This document shows, in pieces, positions 1 to 13,136 of a stretch of 64,000 nucleotides of DNA. The notes under the pieces were generated by a model. That model saw only the letters and a list, made by a program, of their open reading frames with translations, searched no databases and was not told where the DNA came from. Location: the NCBI RefSeq assembly GCF_001194135.2, contig NC_068984.1, positions 3,358,382-3,422,381 on the forward strand, given 5' to 3'. The stretch comes from Octopus bimaculoides (Eukaryota). Position 1 is the first letter of the stretch. Each line of letters opens with the position of its first letter. Position numbers and translations under genes: made by a program.

Positions 1-255
1 TTCTGATATGTGGCCTTTGGTGAATGAGGGAGCTCTAGTTTTGGTTTGAAGACACCTACATCCACCCCTTGTATATTTTTTAGGGTTCTTGGAAAGATAT
101 TGAAGAACTGTCAGCCCTTGAAACCCAAGATGTCGCAGTATCTGGTCCTATATCGTGATGATGATGTTGGGATCTTTTGAATTATGCGGTAGGGTCCCTT
201 TCTGCTGTTTGTGTGACCTACAATGCCAAACTTTAGTACAAGTCTTTCATGCTTT
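1..255 (-). mobile_element. 3' fragment of a CR1-group LINE (ORF2 C-terminus)
   Basis: Reverse complement aligns by eye with 38030-38330 of the LINE in this window (e.g. ttcaatatctttccaagaaccct, gtggatgtaggtgtcttcaaa). Confidence 0.75.
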
Positions 256-467
256 CGTTCTAGGAAGTAGAATCTTCACTTTTTCAAACTTTCCCATTGA
301 CTTTTTGAATCTCAGCACAAAATACTAACTAAACATCAACTTTTGAATGGCTCCTTCTCATACAAAAATACATGAAATACAGAAGAGAACATCCCATTGC
401 CCCACTTGTTGCTGGTTTTAAATACTTAATTAGATGATCGAGTAAATTAGCAAATGTTATCTCTTAC

Positions 468-600
468 CTTTCCAGTCCACTTGACTCCACGCCAAATACA
501 GAAATAGCAAAGAATCCAAGTCAGTAGGAGGGTGGCGGCCAATTCCCAACGCATACCACCGACTTCTGTGATTCCTCCAGTGATTTGTAGGGCACGATGT
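468..600 (-). CDS. SLC6A1: Internal exon of sodium/chloride-dependent GABA transporter (end of EL2, TM4)
   Basis: Acceptor ttgccag and donor AAG|gtaaga. 133 bp, phase 2 to 0. Translates (E)[44 protein letters not shown], closely matching the insect Gat/GAT-1 motif RWEL...CYFCIWKGVKWTGK. The ORF track reads this region in the wrong frame. Confidence 0.95.
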
Positions 601-837
601 CTGGCAAATATGACCATAAAAGACATTATGTTGTGTAGGCACAGTTTTGCGTCTGTGGGGGGGTGGGGTGCAAGTGTGTGTGTGCGTGTGTGTTGATGTA
701 TCTTTTGTATGTGTGCGGGTTTTTGTATGTTTGTACTGTGTGTTAAGAGATTTCTTAATGCGTTTATATATATGAATATGTACCATTTAATAATGAATTT
801 ACACGCGTTGATAGGGCCAGATACATATAAGGTTTAA

Positions 838-862
838 GAGAGAGAGAGAGTGAGAGAGAGAG

Positions 863-908
<46 letters not shown>

Positions 909-912
909 AGAC
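838..912. repeat. (GA)n microsatellite
   Basis: Direct dinucleotide run. Confidence 0.95.
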
Positions 913-1504
913 TGAGTAGATAAAATAAGAATACCAGAAGTGACACAATGAAATGGAGGTTAGAACACGACTAAATATTGATTCTCTACACAATTTAGAA
1001 AATAGGCCCCTATCACTAAGATTTCATGCAGATGGAGTCCCTCAGTATTGTTGGCCAATCAACCTCCTATATTTTTAAACAGGAGAAAATGGAAACGAAG
1101 ACCTTCCTAGTGCCAGCAATACACTGAACGGAAAATATAGTATGGAGGAGACGCCATATCAATTATTCGCTTTCTTGAAGAATCGACTACATGACTGTTC
1201 GTTGTCAGAGATATTCATTAATAGGCAATTAGCTTGATTGTCTTAAAGGGTTAGAAGTTAGGGAAGTGGTGACGTTCATTTCTGTTTAAAGGAATTTAAC
1301 GATATAAATAGAGGAGGACATGAAAGTAGGTTCGAGTCATCCTTCATTCTTGTGTAACTCGTAGACATCAAGGGCAGCATATTATATAGTAGTACTTCCC
1401 ATTGAGCTCTAGAAGCATCACTTGATGTAGGACTAGACAGCGAGGTGAATTTATTCTTTTTTATTTAGTCTACTACCGGGCCAACTTATTATACGACAGA
1501 AACA

Positions 1505-1740
1505 GGCGGTGAGCTGTCAGAAACGTTAGCACGCCGGGCGACATGCTTAGCGGTATTTCGTCTGTCTTTACGCTCTGAGTTCAATTTCCGCCGAGGTCGA
1601 CTTTGCCTTTCATCCTTTCAGGTCGATAAATTAAGTACCAGTTACACACTTCGGTCGATGTAATCGACTTAATCCCTTTGTCTGTCCTTGTTTGTCCCCT
1701 CTGTGTATAGCCCCTTATAGGCAATAAAGAAATAAGAAAC
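1505..1740 (+). mobile_element. tRNA-derived SINE, family 1 (central gtcgactttgcctttcatcctttc domain)
   Basis: A-box-like head ggcggtgagctg, B-box-like gagttcaatttcc, conserved central domain seen in at least seven copies in the window, tail gcaataaagaaataag. Confidence 0.85.
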
Positions 1741-1793
1741 ATTGTGTGCGTGCGTGCTCGAGCTGATCGTATGTTAATATAAGAATTTTATAA

Positions 1794-2010
1794 AGGTGGC
1801 GAGATGGCCGAAACGTTAGCACGCCAGGCAAAATGCTTAGCGGCATTTCATAAGTCTTTATGTTCTGAGTTCAATTTCCACTGAGGTCGACTTTGCTTTT
1901 CAACATTTCGGGGTCAGTAAGATAAGTACCGGTTGAGCACTGGGGTCGATGTAATCGACGCACCACCTCCCCCGCCCCAAAAACTGCTGGCCTTGGGCCA
2001 AAATTTGAAA
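1794..2010 (+). mobile_element. SINE family 1 with ~18-bp TSD
   Basis: Same head and central domain. Flanked by ttaatataagaattttat (1774-1791) and ttaatataagaaatttat (2011-2028). Confidence 0.85.
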
Positions 2011-2175
2011 TTAATATAAGAAATTTATGCACATGTTTTTATATAGCAAACCACCAGTTCCTTTATTAAACAACCTGTAATTTTTTTTTTAATCAGTCAA
2101 ATATGTAAACCAATCACTCATATTCTGTCAATCAATCGAACTACACGTATTAATCAGTGTGAAAAGTTTACTCAC

Positions 2176-2503
2176 TCCCAATATTCGCGAACTGGTGATG
2201 TGAACGAACTCCAGTCATATTCACGGGAGCAATTCATGTGTGAATAATTAGACAAGAGGTAGGTGACGTTGAAAGTTTTAATGGGTACCACCTCTCTCCA
2301 ATGTGAAGAATTGGAACAATTGTAAGGAAGAAACTGTCGTTCGTATTCCGACTGACAATGGAGGGTGTTCCACGAATTGCGGCAGTTGGACCAAGGTAGA
2401 ACGCTTTTGAACGAATTAAATAGATAGAACAGAGCCCAAGCCAATGGGACGATGTACCATATGTTGAGCCAAAATGCAATGACCACCGATGCGTATCCCA
2501 CAC
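2176..2503 (-). CDS. SLC6A1: Internal exon of GABA transporter (TM3 and EL2)
   Basis: Acceptor ctttcag and donor GA|gtgagt. 328 bp, phase 1 to 2, in frame with the 468-600 exon. Translates (G)[49 protein letters not shown]...SPVREYWE, with GAT-1-like FWLNI.YIV, the LPW..C.N.WNT..C disulfide motif and E.WE. Confidence 0.95.
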
Positions 2504-3820
2504 CTGAAAGATATAATACAATTATATTTAGAGTTCAATGAATAACAGATGAGTTTAAATTTAACATCAATAACTAAAAGCACACTCAGTGATGGCAATT
2601 CTCAGAAATGCATTCAGTATTTCAAAGGAATTAACAACATCTGGGAATCCAAACATGGTGGCAGTACCGGTTCCTCGCTTCTATGTTACATTTCATCTCT
2701 TTTGATGTAAGTTCAGGTAGTAACAAATATAAGCGTTCTTTTACTTCACTTTTATACTTTCATTTAAGTGAATTTGATCAATCGCATCAAGGTGGAATTG
2801 ATGTGGTCGGTCAATTCCACCAAGTTTTAGAATTTCCAGTCTTATACACTTGTAACAAGTATCAATTTAACACGATGAATGCTTATATAAATATAACAAT
2901 ATATATGTATATATATATATACATATATATNNNNNNNNNNNNNNNNNNNNNNNNNNNNNNNNNNNNNNNNNNNNNNNNNNNNNNNNNNNNNNNNNNNNNN
3001 NNNNNNNNNNNNNNNNNNNNNNNNNNNNNNNNNNNNNNNNNNNNNNNNNNNNNNNNNNNNNNNNNNNNNNNNNNNNNNNNNNNNNNNNNNNNNNNNNNNN
3101 NNNNNNNNNNNNNNNNNNNNNNNNNNNNNNNNNNNNNNNNNNNNNNNNNNNNNNNNNNNNNNNNNNNNNNNNNNNNNNNNNNNNNNNNNNNNNNNNNNNN
3201 NNNNNNNNNNNNNNNNNNNNNNNNNNNNNNNNNNNNNNNNNNNNNNNNNNNNNNNNNNNNNNNNNNNNNNNNNNNNNNNNNNNNNNNNNNNNNNNNNNNN
3301 NNNNNNNNNNNNNNNNNNNNNNNNNNNNNNNNNNNNNNNNNNNNNNNNNNNNNNNNNNNNNNNNNNNNNNNNNNNNNNNNNNNNNNNNNNNNNNNNNNNN
3401 NNNNNNNNNNNNNNNNNNNNNNNNNNNNNNNNNNNNNNNNNNNNNNNNNNNNNNNNNNNNNNNNNNNNNNNNNNNNNNNNNNNNNNNNNNNNNNNNNNNN
3501 NNNNNNNNNNNNNNNNNNNNNNNNNNNNNNNNNNNNNNNNNNNNNNNNNNNNNNNNNNNNNNNNNNNNNNNNNNNNNNNNNNNNNNNNNNNNNNNNNNNN
3601 NNNNNNNNNNNNNNNNNNNNNNNNNNNNNNNNNNNNNNNNNNNNNNNNNNNNNNNNNNNNNNNNNNNNNNNNNNNNNNNNNNNNNNNNNNNNNNNNNNNN
3701 NNNNNNNNNNNNNNNNNNNNNNNNNNNNNNNNNNNNNNNNNNNNNNNNNNNNNNNNNNNNNNNNNNNNNNNNNNNNNNNNNNNNNNNNNNNNNNNNNNNN
3801 NNNNNNNNNNNNNNNNNNNN

Positions 3821-4075
<255 letters not shown>

Positions 4076-4209
4076 CTGAATCAAGGCATTATTCTATAAA
4101 CGTACATGTACGCATGTATGTATATGTTGTATGTGTGCGTTTGTGTGTTTATGTAAACATACACACATACATACATGCACACAAGCACACATACTTACAT
4201 GCATGCATA

Positions 4210-4660
4210 CATACGTGGAAAGATAACCCCGGTAACAAAGAAATAAGAACCCACAATATGGTAGAAACCATAGCCACTCATAATAAAAAAGATTACTGGT
4301 GGAATGTCCCAGTGAAGACCTCAATAAAATGTAAGCACAATAGACCTGACATAGTAATTTGGGATAGAGAAGAAAAATTGTGTACATTTGTGGAAATCAC
4401 CTGCCAAGCTAGTAGAAAAGAAAATACTTATGCTGAAGTATTGGGAAATATACAGCTACCCTATCCAGATTATAAGTTCAGGTTTATACCTGTAACTATT
4501 GGGGCCCTGGGATATGTAACACATTGCCAGAATATCAATCTTGAGAAACTAGGCTCCTCAAATCCAGAAAGGAGAAAGCTGATTCGAAAACTACGCATCC
4601 GATCCTTCACTGGAACGGTAAAAGTCTGTAAAACTTTCCAGAAGTTTATCATTTAAATAT
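4210..4660 (+). mobile_element. R4/Dong-like fragment, restriction-like endonuclease C-terminus
   Basis: ORF 4114-4656 contains HNRPDIVIWDREEKLCTFVEITC...KENTY...FIPVTIGALGYV...GTVKVCKTF (RLE PD..D/E motif). Confidence 0.85.
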
Positions 4661-4964
4661 AAATGAGCATGTCTAGACATGCAACTGTATGCATGAGAAC
4701 ACGTACATAAAACAAAATATACAAATCTGCACACATGCATACATACATACATACATACATACATACATACATACACATACATACATGCCACACATACACA
4801 TACATAAATGCATACATACATACATGCATACATGCCACACATACACATACATACATACATACATGCCACACACACATACACATATATAAATGCATACATA
4901 CATACATGCCACACATGCATACATACATACATACATACATACATACAGAAGTATCTCCCATACT

Positions 4965-6290
4965 TTCTTTGTCGATGACCTGAAACAATATGGGTCAAAT
5001 ATCAACCACAGAAAAACAATAATATCTTATAACCAAATTTTCTGTAAACATTGGGAGGAAATTTGGTAAGTCATTAATGCACATTTTTTTTATAATAAAA
5101 CATGGAAAAGTTGTGCCTTCGTCTGAAAGCCTAAAAATGAACGACTTGGCAATACGACCTCTACNNNNNNNNNNNNNNNNNNNNNNNNNNNNNNNNNNNN
5201 NNNNNNNNNNNNNNNNNNNNNNNNNNNNNNNNNNNNNNNNNNNNNATATTGCCGTCAACATGTTTGCAGTGCCTGTCCTCACACCTACGTTTAGTTTTTT
5301 GAACTGGTCACTACAAGGACTCAATGAGATTGACGTTCGAACTCAGGAAGCTGTTACAGGAAACTTCAAAATTAATGGAGATATAGAGAGGCTATACTTC
5401 CCATCCAAGGAAGGTGACCATGGTCTCAAATTCATTTTGATGTCATATGAAGCACAGATCGAGACACTGAAACAACATGTGCAGCAGAAGAGAGATACCA
5501 GCGACTAACTTGCCCAAGTTTGTGACTATGAGACCAACAACATAATTAGGATAATTAATGAACATGAGGAAAGATATGAAATAAGAACTGATACAGATCT
5601 CTCCGCTAGGAGCATTGGTAAAATCTATTCATCCGAAGAGCAGAAAAAGAAAAAATGAACCAGTTCACTGAGAAGATAATACATGGGCTCTTGGCACGTA
5701 AAACACAAGCCACAGAAAGGGGTTTATCGTGTCAACAGCTTGGCTTGGAATACTGACAAGTTTATGATAACCCAAACTGAAGGCCACATTCATGCAATCC
5801 AAGAGCAAGAGATCGCCACTAAAGTGCCTTCTACATAAAACGTTGACGATGACATTTATAGGCTACGCAAAGACCACGACTGAAGATATCGACCTTGTCA
5901 TTGCCAACTGTGAGAAAATGTCTTCGAGATATTATCTTCCCACAAGGCATGATACAGTGGCCAGAACGGTCTGGAACAGGATAAGGAAAATAGAACAGCT
6001 GCAAACGAAATAGACCATGCTGAGACCGATGTGTCAAAAGAATATTAGTGGAACTTGAAAAATTAAAAGAGCCACCGAATCAAAACACAACCGGCCAAAT
6101 ATGGTTGTGTGGAGTCATAAAGAAAAGATATATTCTGATGTGGAAATCAGCTGAGCCCTGGACACGAATGTGCTTTGAAAAATACAAGTGAAGGAGAACA
6201 TCTGTGGACTATTAATAAAGAGTTTGCAAATCCAAGACCCAAGATACACTTTCAGCTTCATACCTGTTATTATTGGAGTAACAGGATGTA
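4965..6290 (+). mobile_element. Degenerate R4/Dong-like element (RT to RLE)
   Basis: FVDDLK (RT catalytic), NMFAVPVLT...IERLYFPSKEG, IQEQEI, CEKMSSRYYLPTRHD motifs, with stops and frameshifts. Confidence 0.8.
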
Positions 6291-6299
6291 ATATATACA

Positions 6300-6810
6300 T
6301 CGCATGTCCAGGAGAGGCTACTCTTCCTGTCAATGCAGTTGTTACACACGGAATATGTATCTATGCTTTTTGTTGGTATGATGTCTGCTTCTCCTCCAAC
6401 CTTCTGTTTACGTTGGTCAGTCTAACCTCCTTTGGGTCGCTTGAGACAGTTCTATTCTCAGAATGCTTGAACAGTAGTTTTTTCCCCAACTCAGAAGATG
6501 TTATTGCTCTCACTTTTGATTACGCATAGAGTGTACTCATTTCTTTGTTTACTGTTCGACACGTGTTGTCTGAGTGATACAAAGACTGTTTGGACTGAAA
6601 TTATGCCTCTACTACCATCACTTCGTCTTACATAAACCCTATCGGTCGCTGTTAATGCGAAAGTTACCAGTAGTGGTTAGTATCTCACTAGTTTTGATGT
6701 CCAGGCTGATGACCAAGAGCCCAGTCTAATATCGCATATGTCAGTAGTAGCACTGACACTGCAAAAGCACTGTGAGGCATGGTCTTGTTAAATGCAGACA
6801 GCTGTGAGTT
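6300..6810 (-). mobile_element. Degenerate R4/Dong-like fragment, opposite orientation
   Basis: Minus strand gives FAVSVL..YAILDW..LDIKTSEILTTTGNFRINSD.DRVYVRRSDG.RG, homologous to 5260-5480. Confidence 0.7.
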
Positions 6811-6871
6811 TTATAATTTCAGGACACTTTTTGTTATTCTGGCTTTACGTATTCATGTCATTGTTCAGTTT

Positions 6872-6960
6872 TATTTCAAGATTTCTTGCCAATAGAGAAA
6901 GGATCGGTTTCTAATCTAGATCCAAAGCTCCTTCATTGGAATTTCAATATCAACAACAGT
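6872..6960 (+). repeat. Short interspersed repeat (second copy at 11023-11100)
   Basis: ttcaagatttcttgccaatagagaaag...ctagatccaa present twice in the window, each next to a (TATG)n run. Confidence 0.7.
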
Positions 6961-7027
6961 GTGTATGTATGTATGTATGTATGTATGTATGTATGTATGT
7001 ATGTATGTATGTATGTATGTATGTATG
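6961..7027. repeat. (TATG)n microsatellite
   Basis: Direct tetranucleotide run. Confidence 0.95.
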
Positions 7028-7289
7028 TCCACAGATATAAATTCTGGAGGACAATCATTCTTGACTCTTAAACTCTCAGAATTGCCAAAGAATACGCTTT
7101 GATAAATTAAACATCAACAGATGGTTCCTGTTTTTTGCATTTAAGATTTTCTCATCTCAACTCTTTAAAAGACATCTTTGTTGTATTGCTCTCACCATCC
7201 CTACACTCACTGTTAACTATTATGTATCAAAGATGGCAGCACAGAGATAATGACAGAAATTGATGTTTACGCGCGTGTACACGCGCGCG

Positions 7290-7394
7290 CGCACATACAC
7301 ACACATACATATATGCACACACACACATGCATATAATACATATGCATACATACATACATACATACATACATACATACATACATGCATACATACA

Positions 7395-7425
<31 letters not shown>

Positions 7426-7516
7426 GCATACATACATACATGCACACATACATACACACATACATACCTATGCATACATACATACATACATACATACATA
7501 CATACATACATACATA
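7290..7516. repeat. (CATA)n compound microsatellite
   Basis: Direct run with variants. Confidence 0.9.
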
Positions 7517-7849
7517 CGCGCTTATACAATAAGTAATACATTGCTTAATTGTGTCCCGTCCTGGAATTGTAGTTGTAAGAATATCACAAGTTTTGAGAAT
7601 AACAGAATTCTTCAGAATAAAGTTTAATATGGTAACTGAAGTACTTGGTCTGCTTCTAACCAGTATGGAGTCGCTGCAATTTCAGCTGTGTTAAATGTCA
7701 CATTTGGCACGGATGGTGCCAGCTTATATAATGAGGACGGTAGTAATTAGTTCAATGAACAATTGCATGCAAAGAACACCAGTAATGGAATTGGTTTTTA
7801 GGTCAGGATGTTGTCACTTCACACTCTCCCACCTTATGTTGGTGCACTT

Positions 7850-8071
7850 CTTTCTCTCTCTCACTTTCCTATTCTTTCTTTCTCTCTCATCTTCCCGTTC
7901 TTTCTTTCTTTCTCTCTCTCTCTCTCTCATTTTCCCATTCTTTCTTTCTCACTTTCTCTCTCTCTCTCCCTCTCTCATTTTCCCATTCTTTCTTTCTCTC
8001 TATCTCCCTCAGTTTCTCATTCTTTCTTTCTCTCTCTCACTCTCTCTCACTGTGTGTCTTTCTCCCTTTCC

Positions 8072-8137
<66 letters not shown>
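7850..8137. repeat. CT-rich minisatellite (ctctctcattttcccattctttctt units) and (CT)n
   Basis: About four degenerate 30-40-bp units followed by (CT)n. Confidence 0.8.
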
Positions 8138-8140
<3 letters not shown>

Positions 8141-8261
8141 CGTCATTGATAATACGACCGAACCATTTTGCGCGTTTTTCATCTTCTCATAGAAGCTTTC
8201 CTCGTTCTTCCTCTCGTTTTTTGTCATATATCTAATCCAGCTATTTATACTTGCACATGGG

Positions 8262-8328
<67 letters not shown>

Positions 8329-9011
8329 TGACGCAGGTGTACGTAGCTACATACACACGAATAAATATACATTCACACACGCACAAACATATGAAGAGAA
8401 AGGCTATTGTTTACAAACAAAACGAGAAGCACTCAATACACGGTGTAGAGTTTATATATATCCATCGATGTATATACACTTTACAAGACAAAATTTCCTA
8501 AAGTTCTCTCTTTTTCTTCCTTTCCTCCTTTCTCATTACCTCTCTCTGTTCTCTCTCTCTCTCTCTCTCTCTCACTCTCTCTCTCTCTCTCTCTCATTAT
8601 ATATTTATTTCTCTCCCTTTCTTTTCCTTTCATTTTTAATATCTTACTTGTTATCTCCACACTTGAGGAAATGCATACGTTGCATAAATGTAATATTGTA
8701 ATATATTTAAAATATGGTGAGAGGGTCTTTACATACGTTTTGCGAAGCAACAAGAATAATTTTAAAAATATAAGATGCCAGAAATGACTTTAAGCATACA
8801 CACGATCACACACACAAACACACACACACACATACGTACATATATATATGTGTGTATGTGTGTGTGTGTGTGTGTGTGCGTGTGTAGATCAGATTTATTG
8901 AAAAACAAAAGATGAAGACGGGTATAGGAACAACAAGCAGGTGTATTAGACAGAAAGGAACAAGGGAGAAAAAATGGAGAAAAACTGTGTAGAGTTCAGT
9001 GGTTCTAATAC

Positions 9012-9066
<55 letters not shown>

Positions 9067-9079
9067 CTTTTACTCCTTT

Positions 9080-9770
9080 ATTCTTTGTAAGCCTAGTACT
9101 TATTCTATCAGGCNNNNNNNNNNNNNNNNNNNNNNNNNNNNNNNNNNNNNNNNNNNNNNNNNNNNNNNNNNNNNNNNNNNNNNNNNNNNNNNNNNNNNNN
9201 NNNNNNNNNNNNNNNNNNNNNNNNNNNNNNNNNNNNNNNNNNNNNNNNNNNNNNNNNNNNNNNNNNNNNNNNNNNNNNNNNNNNNNNNNNNNNNNNNNNN
9301 NNNNNNNNNNNNNNNNNNNNNNNNNNNNNNNNNNNNNNNNNNNNNNNNNNNNNNNNNNNNNNNNNNNNNNNNNNNNNNNNNNNNNNNNNNNNNNNNNNNN
9401 NNNNNNNNNNNNNNNNNNNNNNNNNNNNNNNNNNNNNNNNNNNNNNNNNNNNNNNNNNNNNNNNNNNNNNNNNNNNNNNNNNNNNNNNNNNNNNNNNNNN
9501 NNNNNNNNNNNNNNNNNNNNNNNNNNNNNNNNNNNNNNNNNNNNNNNNNNNNNNNNNNNNNNNNNNNNNNNNNNNNNNNNNNNNNNNNNNNNNNNNNNNN
9601 NNNNNNNNNNNNNNNNNNNNNNNNNNNNNNNNNNNNNNNNNNNNNNNNNNNNNNNNNNNNNNNNNNNNNNNTAGTAGAAGACACTCGCCCAAAGTGCCAC
9701 GCAGTGGGACTAAACCCGGAACCATGTGGTTGGTAAGCAAGCTACTTACCACACAGCCACTCCTGCGCCT
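9080..9770 (-). mobile_element. SINE family 3 (CORE-like), interrupted by N gap
   Basis: Head at 9671-9770 (rc ggcgcaggagtggctgtgtggtaagtagcttgc...) and tail piece at 9080-9113 match the 59391-59810 copy. Confidence 0.8.
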
Positions 9771-10792
9771 TGTACACGGACACTCACACACACATATACA
9801 GGCAGCTGGCACCTCCTTAGTTCATAAGCAAGCACAGATCGTACAAGTTCCGTGCAAAGAGTGGTAATTCACAACTAAATACATTTTCAGAGAAATGTCC
9901 CGAAGAGTATAATTTCTTAAGGTTAAGCATTTCTATTTTACAAATTAGAGAAAATCAAAATTTAAATAAAATTTTAGCTTAAATTTTGCGTATCATATTT
10001 CTCAGTAGAACATACATCTGCTGGATATAGAACAAGTCTGCGGGGGCCTGCCCCAAAACAGGAAGTTTTTTTCACTTTTGATTGCTTAAAATAAACAAGA
10101 AAATCTATGGACAGGTTGAAACTCATGAAGTTTCCAGGTGCACATAAATAACAGTAACGATATGTGGAGTTCTATGCCTTTGCCTTTGTAACAAGACATT
10201 TTATTGTAGGCTGCTTTATCCGCTTTCTTTTAAAACCAAATGTATCTCAAAGAGGGCTTAACGTAGCATTTTTGTCTGAATTTAAACGAATGAATATGTA
10301 GTATTTTTCTCTAGTCTTATACTCTAGTCTTATACCCACACACGTTGGTATAAAAGATGAATATGTATCACATTCGGCTGTATATTTTTGTGAGTGCGGT
10401 TGAATATTAGTTATGCGATGACGCTTGATTGCGAACATATTTAATCCTAACACTCGCAAATTTATAACTCGGAGTATCACACTGAGGAGAATAATTGGTA
10501 AATATAATTTACTTTAAATTCGAAACGCGTCTGTGATTAACCGAAGTCGTGTGGATTCATCATTTTTCTTTTTACCTACATAAAAAAGTGCTATTGTATC
10601 GGAGATTTTTATGGCAGTTGAAAATACATTAGCGTCTATTTCTAATTCAGTACGTGGCAAGGCACTTAGCTGACCCCTAATTATAATTATGCATATAATT
10701 ATAGAATATTTTGTATAATTCACCTAAAAAGGCTTTTTAACATATTGACTACTTCATAAAATTATTAATTAATTTTACCCTTTATTATTATT

Positions 10793-10824
<32 letters not shown>

Positions 10825-11144
10825 NNNNNNNNNNNNNNNNNNNNNNNNNNNNNNNNNNNNNNNNNNNNNNNNNNNNNNNNNNNNNNNNNNNNNNNNNNNN
10901 NNNNNNNNNNNNNNNNNNNNNNNNNNNNNNNNNNNNNNNNNNNNNNNNNNNNNNNNNNNNNNNNNNNNNNNNNNNNNNNNNNNNNNNNNNNNNNNNNNNN
11001 NNNNNNNNNNNNNTATATATATAACCTAGATCCAAGTCTCCTTCGAGACTTGGATCTAGGTTCGAAACCAGCTCTTTCTCTATTGGCAAGAAATCTTGAA
11101 ATATATATACACATACATACATACATACATACATACATACATGT

Positions 11145-11940
11145 CTCCTTGGAGAAAGCAATTATATCGACATGAAGTACAGTCTCTCTAGGACTCGTTA
11201 CTGCTACATCACATCATACTTGGAAGGCTATGCATTTGCAATCCAAGAAGAAGGGATTGCTATTAATTACCTAGCTAACAAAAGAGACGGTGAAGCGTTT
11301 AGAGTTCCAAGATGCAACCGAAGATGTAGATTATGTCATATTTTTGTGGAAGACATCACACTTGGGATTAGCAGCTCTCCGGAAATGTCATCAAGGTGCT
11401 GTCTCTCTCTTTGTGACATGACGCTATCGCAAAAACATTATACAATGCCATTAAGGAAAAAAAAGACTGTCCTGGAATAAATACAGGGAATCCCCCCTGT
11501 CGTTGAATACGGACATAAATATCAGCACAGGGAATATTGTTGGAAGATTCCCATCAAAACATTGGTCAAGTGTAAATATAACAGATCGGATATTGTTATC
11601 ATAGGGGTCAGCTGTCCTGCTGATGTGAATATTTCTTCGGAAATCAAAGAGAAAGAGAATAACACCTGCTTCGAAACCTTCAGCTTCCAGATTATCCAGA
11701 TTATAAATTCATATTTATGACAATAATAGTTGGTGTACTTCGTTTTGCGATAATCTGGATAGAGAAATCAACCACTTAATTCGCATATTATAATTATAAT
11801 CTGTAAGCGGAACAGTAAAAATATGCAAGACATTTCTTAATTTTAAAATGTGAATATGTCTTTGTTATCCAAATCCCAAAGACGGAGCTTTGTATCTTTT
11901 TATCTTTGTTAGAAGAAAGATTTCAATTCATTAAAAACTG
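11145..11940 (+). mobile_element. R4/Dong-like 3' fragment (CCHC knuckle and RLE)
   Basis: LEGYAFAIQEE...CRLCHIFVEDIT..ISSSPEMSSR, then WKIPIK...KYNRSDIV...SCPADVN...YPDYKF; disrupted. Confidence 0.85.
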
Positions 11941-11973
11941 ATGAGAACACACACATCGCGCACGCACGCACGC

Positions 11974-12031
<58 letters not shown>

Positions 12032-13136
12032 TCTGGTCATGATAATACATCACAACTCCAGATTTAATGCTTAGCTAATGCTTAAGCAATTGGCCAAACG
12101 ACAAATATGAATCAGTTAATATATATCCCAGAGATATGTTGTTGGAGTGTGAGGAGTTCAGTAAAACAATCTTGGTTAAAAAAAAAAAAAACATACATTA
12201 ATTGTAACTAATTTTATATTAATATTGTTAGGATTAGTTGTTCCCTTGGGTAGTTAAGTGCATAAAATCTGAGAGATGTAAAATTATATAAAATGTTGAC
12301 GGACATAAAAATATATTTAAAAATCTTTTTATTTTGACGAGAGAGAAGAGTACACCACATGGAAACGATTATAGAAGGGTAAAGAGTTGAACATATAAAG
12401 TAAGAGAGAGTGTATCATTGTTTTAATGAGATGATGAGTGACTATAATTGTTGAAAGCTAAATAAGGAAGTAGGGAGAATGTGAATATTTCCCATGAACA
12501 GCTAACTGTTGAAGCATTCTGCCAAATGGTAAGGAGCATGGAAAGATAAATAGTCGCAAGATGTCAAAAATATATTGTTAAATAATATATAATGAGAATG
12601 ATTTATCTAAAAAGTTAAGTATACATCCGATCAATTAAGTGGTGGCATAATCGTCCAGTTTTTCAGGAGATCCTTGTCTTAGTCTCGGCATTCGTAAATA
12701 TTTTAGTCTAAATTTTTAGATAGTTTAGATCTATTAACGTGTTAATAATCTGCAAATTATCTAAACATTAGACCAGAGATAATTATTAAATGTCATCATA
12801 GCGGTAAGTGTCTCCTATCTCACTGGAAGACCATACCTAACTTTTCTCGCTAGAAGGATTCCTTTATTCATTATATCATTATGTTTATATTTTTGACAGT
12901 ACACTTTTTGACATTAGGCAACTCTTTTTCTTTCCATACAGTTTCCATTGAGCAGGATGACTCAATAGTCAACTTTTCTCCAGAAAAATCTACATTCATT
13001 CTGTTTCTGTCTTTAAATTTAATCCATTATAACTACTCGTCTTCCACCTATAAAAATTAATAACTTTCTGTATTCAATTCTATGTAGTCTCCTTCGCTCC
13101 ATTTAATCATATTTTTTATATCTTTTATCTATTTGT

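Noticed and set aside
457-786. 109-aa ORF in the track overlapping the GAT exon
   Set aside because: Wrong frame; the spliced frame of 468-600 is the SLC6 sequence.
8140-8260. Minus-strand MTKNERKNEESFYEKMKNAQNGS frame after a TATAAA
   Set aside because: No donor site, no homology, and it runs into (GA)n.
12250-13080. Possible decayed L1/Tx1-like coding remnant
   Set aside because: Too many stops and no diagnostic motif.
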